Shown here: positions 62,085 through 64,000 of the stretch, piece by piece
Layout: each line of letters starts with the position of its first letter
Position numbering within the stretch: the stretch's first letter is position 1
IMG/VR virus record: IMGVR_UViG_3300017605_000342
Location: 32,001 to 96,000 of that record
Source: a virus
Reading direction: 5' to 3' (one strand)
DNA length: 64,000 nt
Position numbers and translations under genes: made by a program
The notes under the pieces: model-generated
Told to the model about the DNA's origin: nothing
What the model saw: the letters and a program-made list of their open reading frames with translations, nothing else
The model's database searches: none

Positions 62085-64000
62085 TTACGAGTTGTTAAAT
62101 CCAAAACGCGACTGGTCTGCAAAGAACGCAGTCATAGGGTCAATGATCTGGTTTGGAGTGATAGGGGCACCGCCCGTATTAATGTCAATCTTAATTTGTG
62201 GTGCCCCAACGGTTACATTAGTAATGCGTGGGCTGATCTGGCTTTGTAAAGCCGGATCTAGAGAGAAGTTCCCGGTAACCGGATCTCGCTTAATACCATT
62301 GATGATAGCTTGAATGTCCTTCCATTTTTGAATCTGACGATCTAGAGACTGCTCGTCTAACTGGTTCTGACGATCTTTTAGTTTTCCAGTATCTAGTGTA
62401 AGATTAAATATCGATTTTGTTTTTTCAAAAACCTTTTGCTTTGCAGCAATCTCTAGGTTTAACAATCGTATCTGTTCTTGAGTTTCTTTCTGCTTATCTG
62501 CAAAATCTTCACGTAATTTAACTAGAGCATTACCACGTTGAACAACGCCAGCAACACGGGCCTCGATAGCATCAGCAGTTAGTAGTTCAAACTGAGCTTT
62601 GTTAAACTCTTCCTGATCTTTGACCATCTGCTTGATCAGGTCGGAACGTTGTTTGAATAGGTCGTTCAATTCAAGCGCATTTGAAATAGCTTCCTTTTCT
62701 GCATCAACTAGGTCGTCTAGTAGGTCACCCTGAAGCTTCTCCAAAGAACGTGACAAGAACTCTACAGCGTTTTGTTGTTTTTCTAGAGTGAATTCCCCTT
62801 CACGGAATGAGTCAACATATGCCTGAACTTTTTTATTAACATCGTCCCAAGCACTACTAAAATTACGCAGAGCATCATTGCCTAGACGAAGCGCCCCTAG
62901 CTCATCTTCGAAAGAATCTTGGACTTCTTGTTGTTGCTTAATTAAGTCTTTGATAGATCTATCAAATTCAGGTAGTAGCTCTTCTAACTGCTTCTTACCA
63001 CCCTTTTTACCACTCAGACGTTCAATTGCCTGTAGTCGCTGTCTTTCCAACTCCCCGATGGTTCGACCCAAAGTTTCAGACTGATCGCGGAAATTTTCTA
63101 AAGTTTTGTCAAAAGCTTTTTTAATTTTCTCAGCAAGCCGTTTAGCCGCTGCTGTAAACGCTGACGCAATCAAAGACACTACAGCTCCAGCCGCCTGAAC
63201 GATAGGACCACCGGCTCCTAGTGCTTTTTGAAATATGGTTCCTACCTGAGATAATCCGGCACCTACTGCACCACCTATGCCAGCACTTTGGAAACCTTGT
63301 ATGACAGCACTAATTGCGCCTTCTAGTTTATTAACTACAGACAACACTGAGTTACCGAATTTAGATAAACCACTTTCTCTAAGGTGTTCAAAGTCAGATG
63401 TTAGCTTAGCTAGTTCTTCTCTAAGAGGATCTATAACTTCAGGCCCTAACTTAAGCTTACTAGCTTGTTCTATGCTACTCTGGACCTGCGCGATGCGTTC
63501 TCGTAGTACTTCACGTGCCGCATCAACAGCGGTTAGATCCAACCCAGTAACATCTTCTAAAGCACGCTTACCTCTACTTGCCGTTTTTCTACGCTCAGCA
63601 ATACGCTGGTCAATTGCAGCCCGTAGCTCTGCTTGACGCAAAGCCTCAACCGCATTTTTCTGCCGTTCCAATGCCGCAATGTTTCTTAACGCGGGTTCTA
63701 ATGCAGCCTGTTGCTGTTGTAGTCTTTGAAGTTCTACTTCAGCAAGACGCAGCTCTCCGTCAGCAACTAGGTGTGCCCCTTTAGCAAGTTCTACTTGATT
63801 TTTTAATCGCTGATCGTTTGACAGCGTGCCCTGCTCTTGTACGGCTATTAGTTGCTCTAATCCCTGTTGTTCTATTTTAACAAGGTCAATAGAAATAGCT
63901 AGTAGTTCTTGAGCTTCCTTACGACGCTGAATAACTCTGCTTGCAGAGTTAGCATTCATTGCCCTAGTAAAATCTTCGTCCAATTCCTGTTGCTTTCGTT
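62085..64000 (-). CDS. tail tape measure protein, C-terminal part (truncated by window edge)
   Basis: Frame is open to the window end; long coiled coil with a G/A-rich hydrophobic segment; upstream of the tail genes. Confidence 0.75.
   Translation of the reverse strand, partial: RKQQELDEDFTRAMNANSASRVIQRRKEAQELLAISIDLVKIEQQGLEQLIAVQEQGTLSNDQRLKNQVELAKGAHLVADGELRLAEVELQRLQQQQAALEPALRNIAALERQKNAVEALRQAELRAAIDQRIAERRKTASRGKRALEDVTGLDLTAVDAAREVLRERIAQVQSSIEQASKLKLGPEVIDPLREELAKLTSDFEHLRESGLSKFGNSVLSVVNKLEGAISAVIQGFQSAGIGGAVGAGLSQVGTIFQKALGAGGPIVQAAGAVVSLIASAFTAAAKRLAEKIKKAFDKTLENFRDQSETLGRTIGELERQRLQAIERLSGKKGGKKQLEELLPEFDRSIKDLIKQQQEVQDSFEDELGALRLGNDALRNFSSAWDDVNKKVQAYVDSFREGEFTLEKQQNAVEFLSRSLEKLQGDLLDDLVDAEKEAISNALELNDLFKQRSDLIKQMVKDQEEFNKAQFELLTADAIEARVAGVVQRGNALVKLREDFADKQKETQEQIRLLNLEIAAKQKVFEKTKSIFNLTLDTGKLKDRQNQLDEQSLDRQIQKWKDIQAIINGIKRDPVTGNFSLDPALQSQISPRITNVTVGAPQIKIDINTGGAPITPNQIIDPMTAFFADQSRFGFNNS

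Noticed and set aside
1-64000. Stop-codon reassignment (TAG read as sense), suggested by in-frame TAGs at 5450 and 28136
   Set aside because: Conserved genes are full length under the standard code, several end in TAG directly before the next start, and I found no CUA-anticodon tRNA.
1-64000. CRISPR array, diversity-generating retroelement, integrase or IS element
   Set aside because: No regularly spaced repeats, reverse transcriptase, recombinase or transposase motifs were seen. The Cas4-like nuclease at 60860 is a common stand-alone phage exonuclease type.

Overview
This window is part of a large tailed dsDNA phage genome; no host housekeeping context is visible. About 1-45.6 kb is one densely packed + strand block. 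It holds replication, recombination and nucleotide genes (T7 gp4-type primase-helicase, SF2 helicase, RecA, class II ribonucleotide reductase, ThyX) and four HNH-type endonucleases. It also holds 15 CCA-ending tRNAs scattered between and into genes, a PP2C phosphatase/Ser-Thr kinase pair, counter-defence-type enzymes (RNA ligase, NADAR, macrodomain, phosphoesterases) and an M15 endolysin. A soluble glycosylation toolkit of about 8 glycosyltransferases, several methyltransferases and 3 nucleotide-sugar enzymes is mixed into the same block. From 45.6 to 64 kb a convergent - strand block carries the tape-measure C-terminus, tail/adhesin genes, lysis-type membrane proteins and small exported FN3-like proteins. 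The most unusual signals are three. (1) Tail genes whose conserved domains appear split across gene boundaries, including a choice-of-anchor-Q-like motif cut by a stop-RBS-start cassette, with two alternative second halves. (2) The glycan cluster, with a GT25/GT11/GT6 set and a possible UDP-L-QuiNAc/FucNAc route but no membrane export genes. (3) tRNAs positioned like punctuation that would leave near-leaderless mRNAs. All family calls come from motif recognition by eye; no searches were run.
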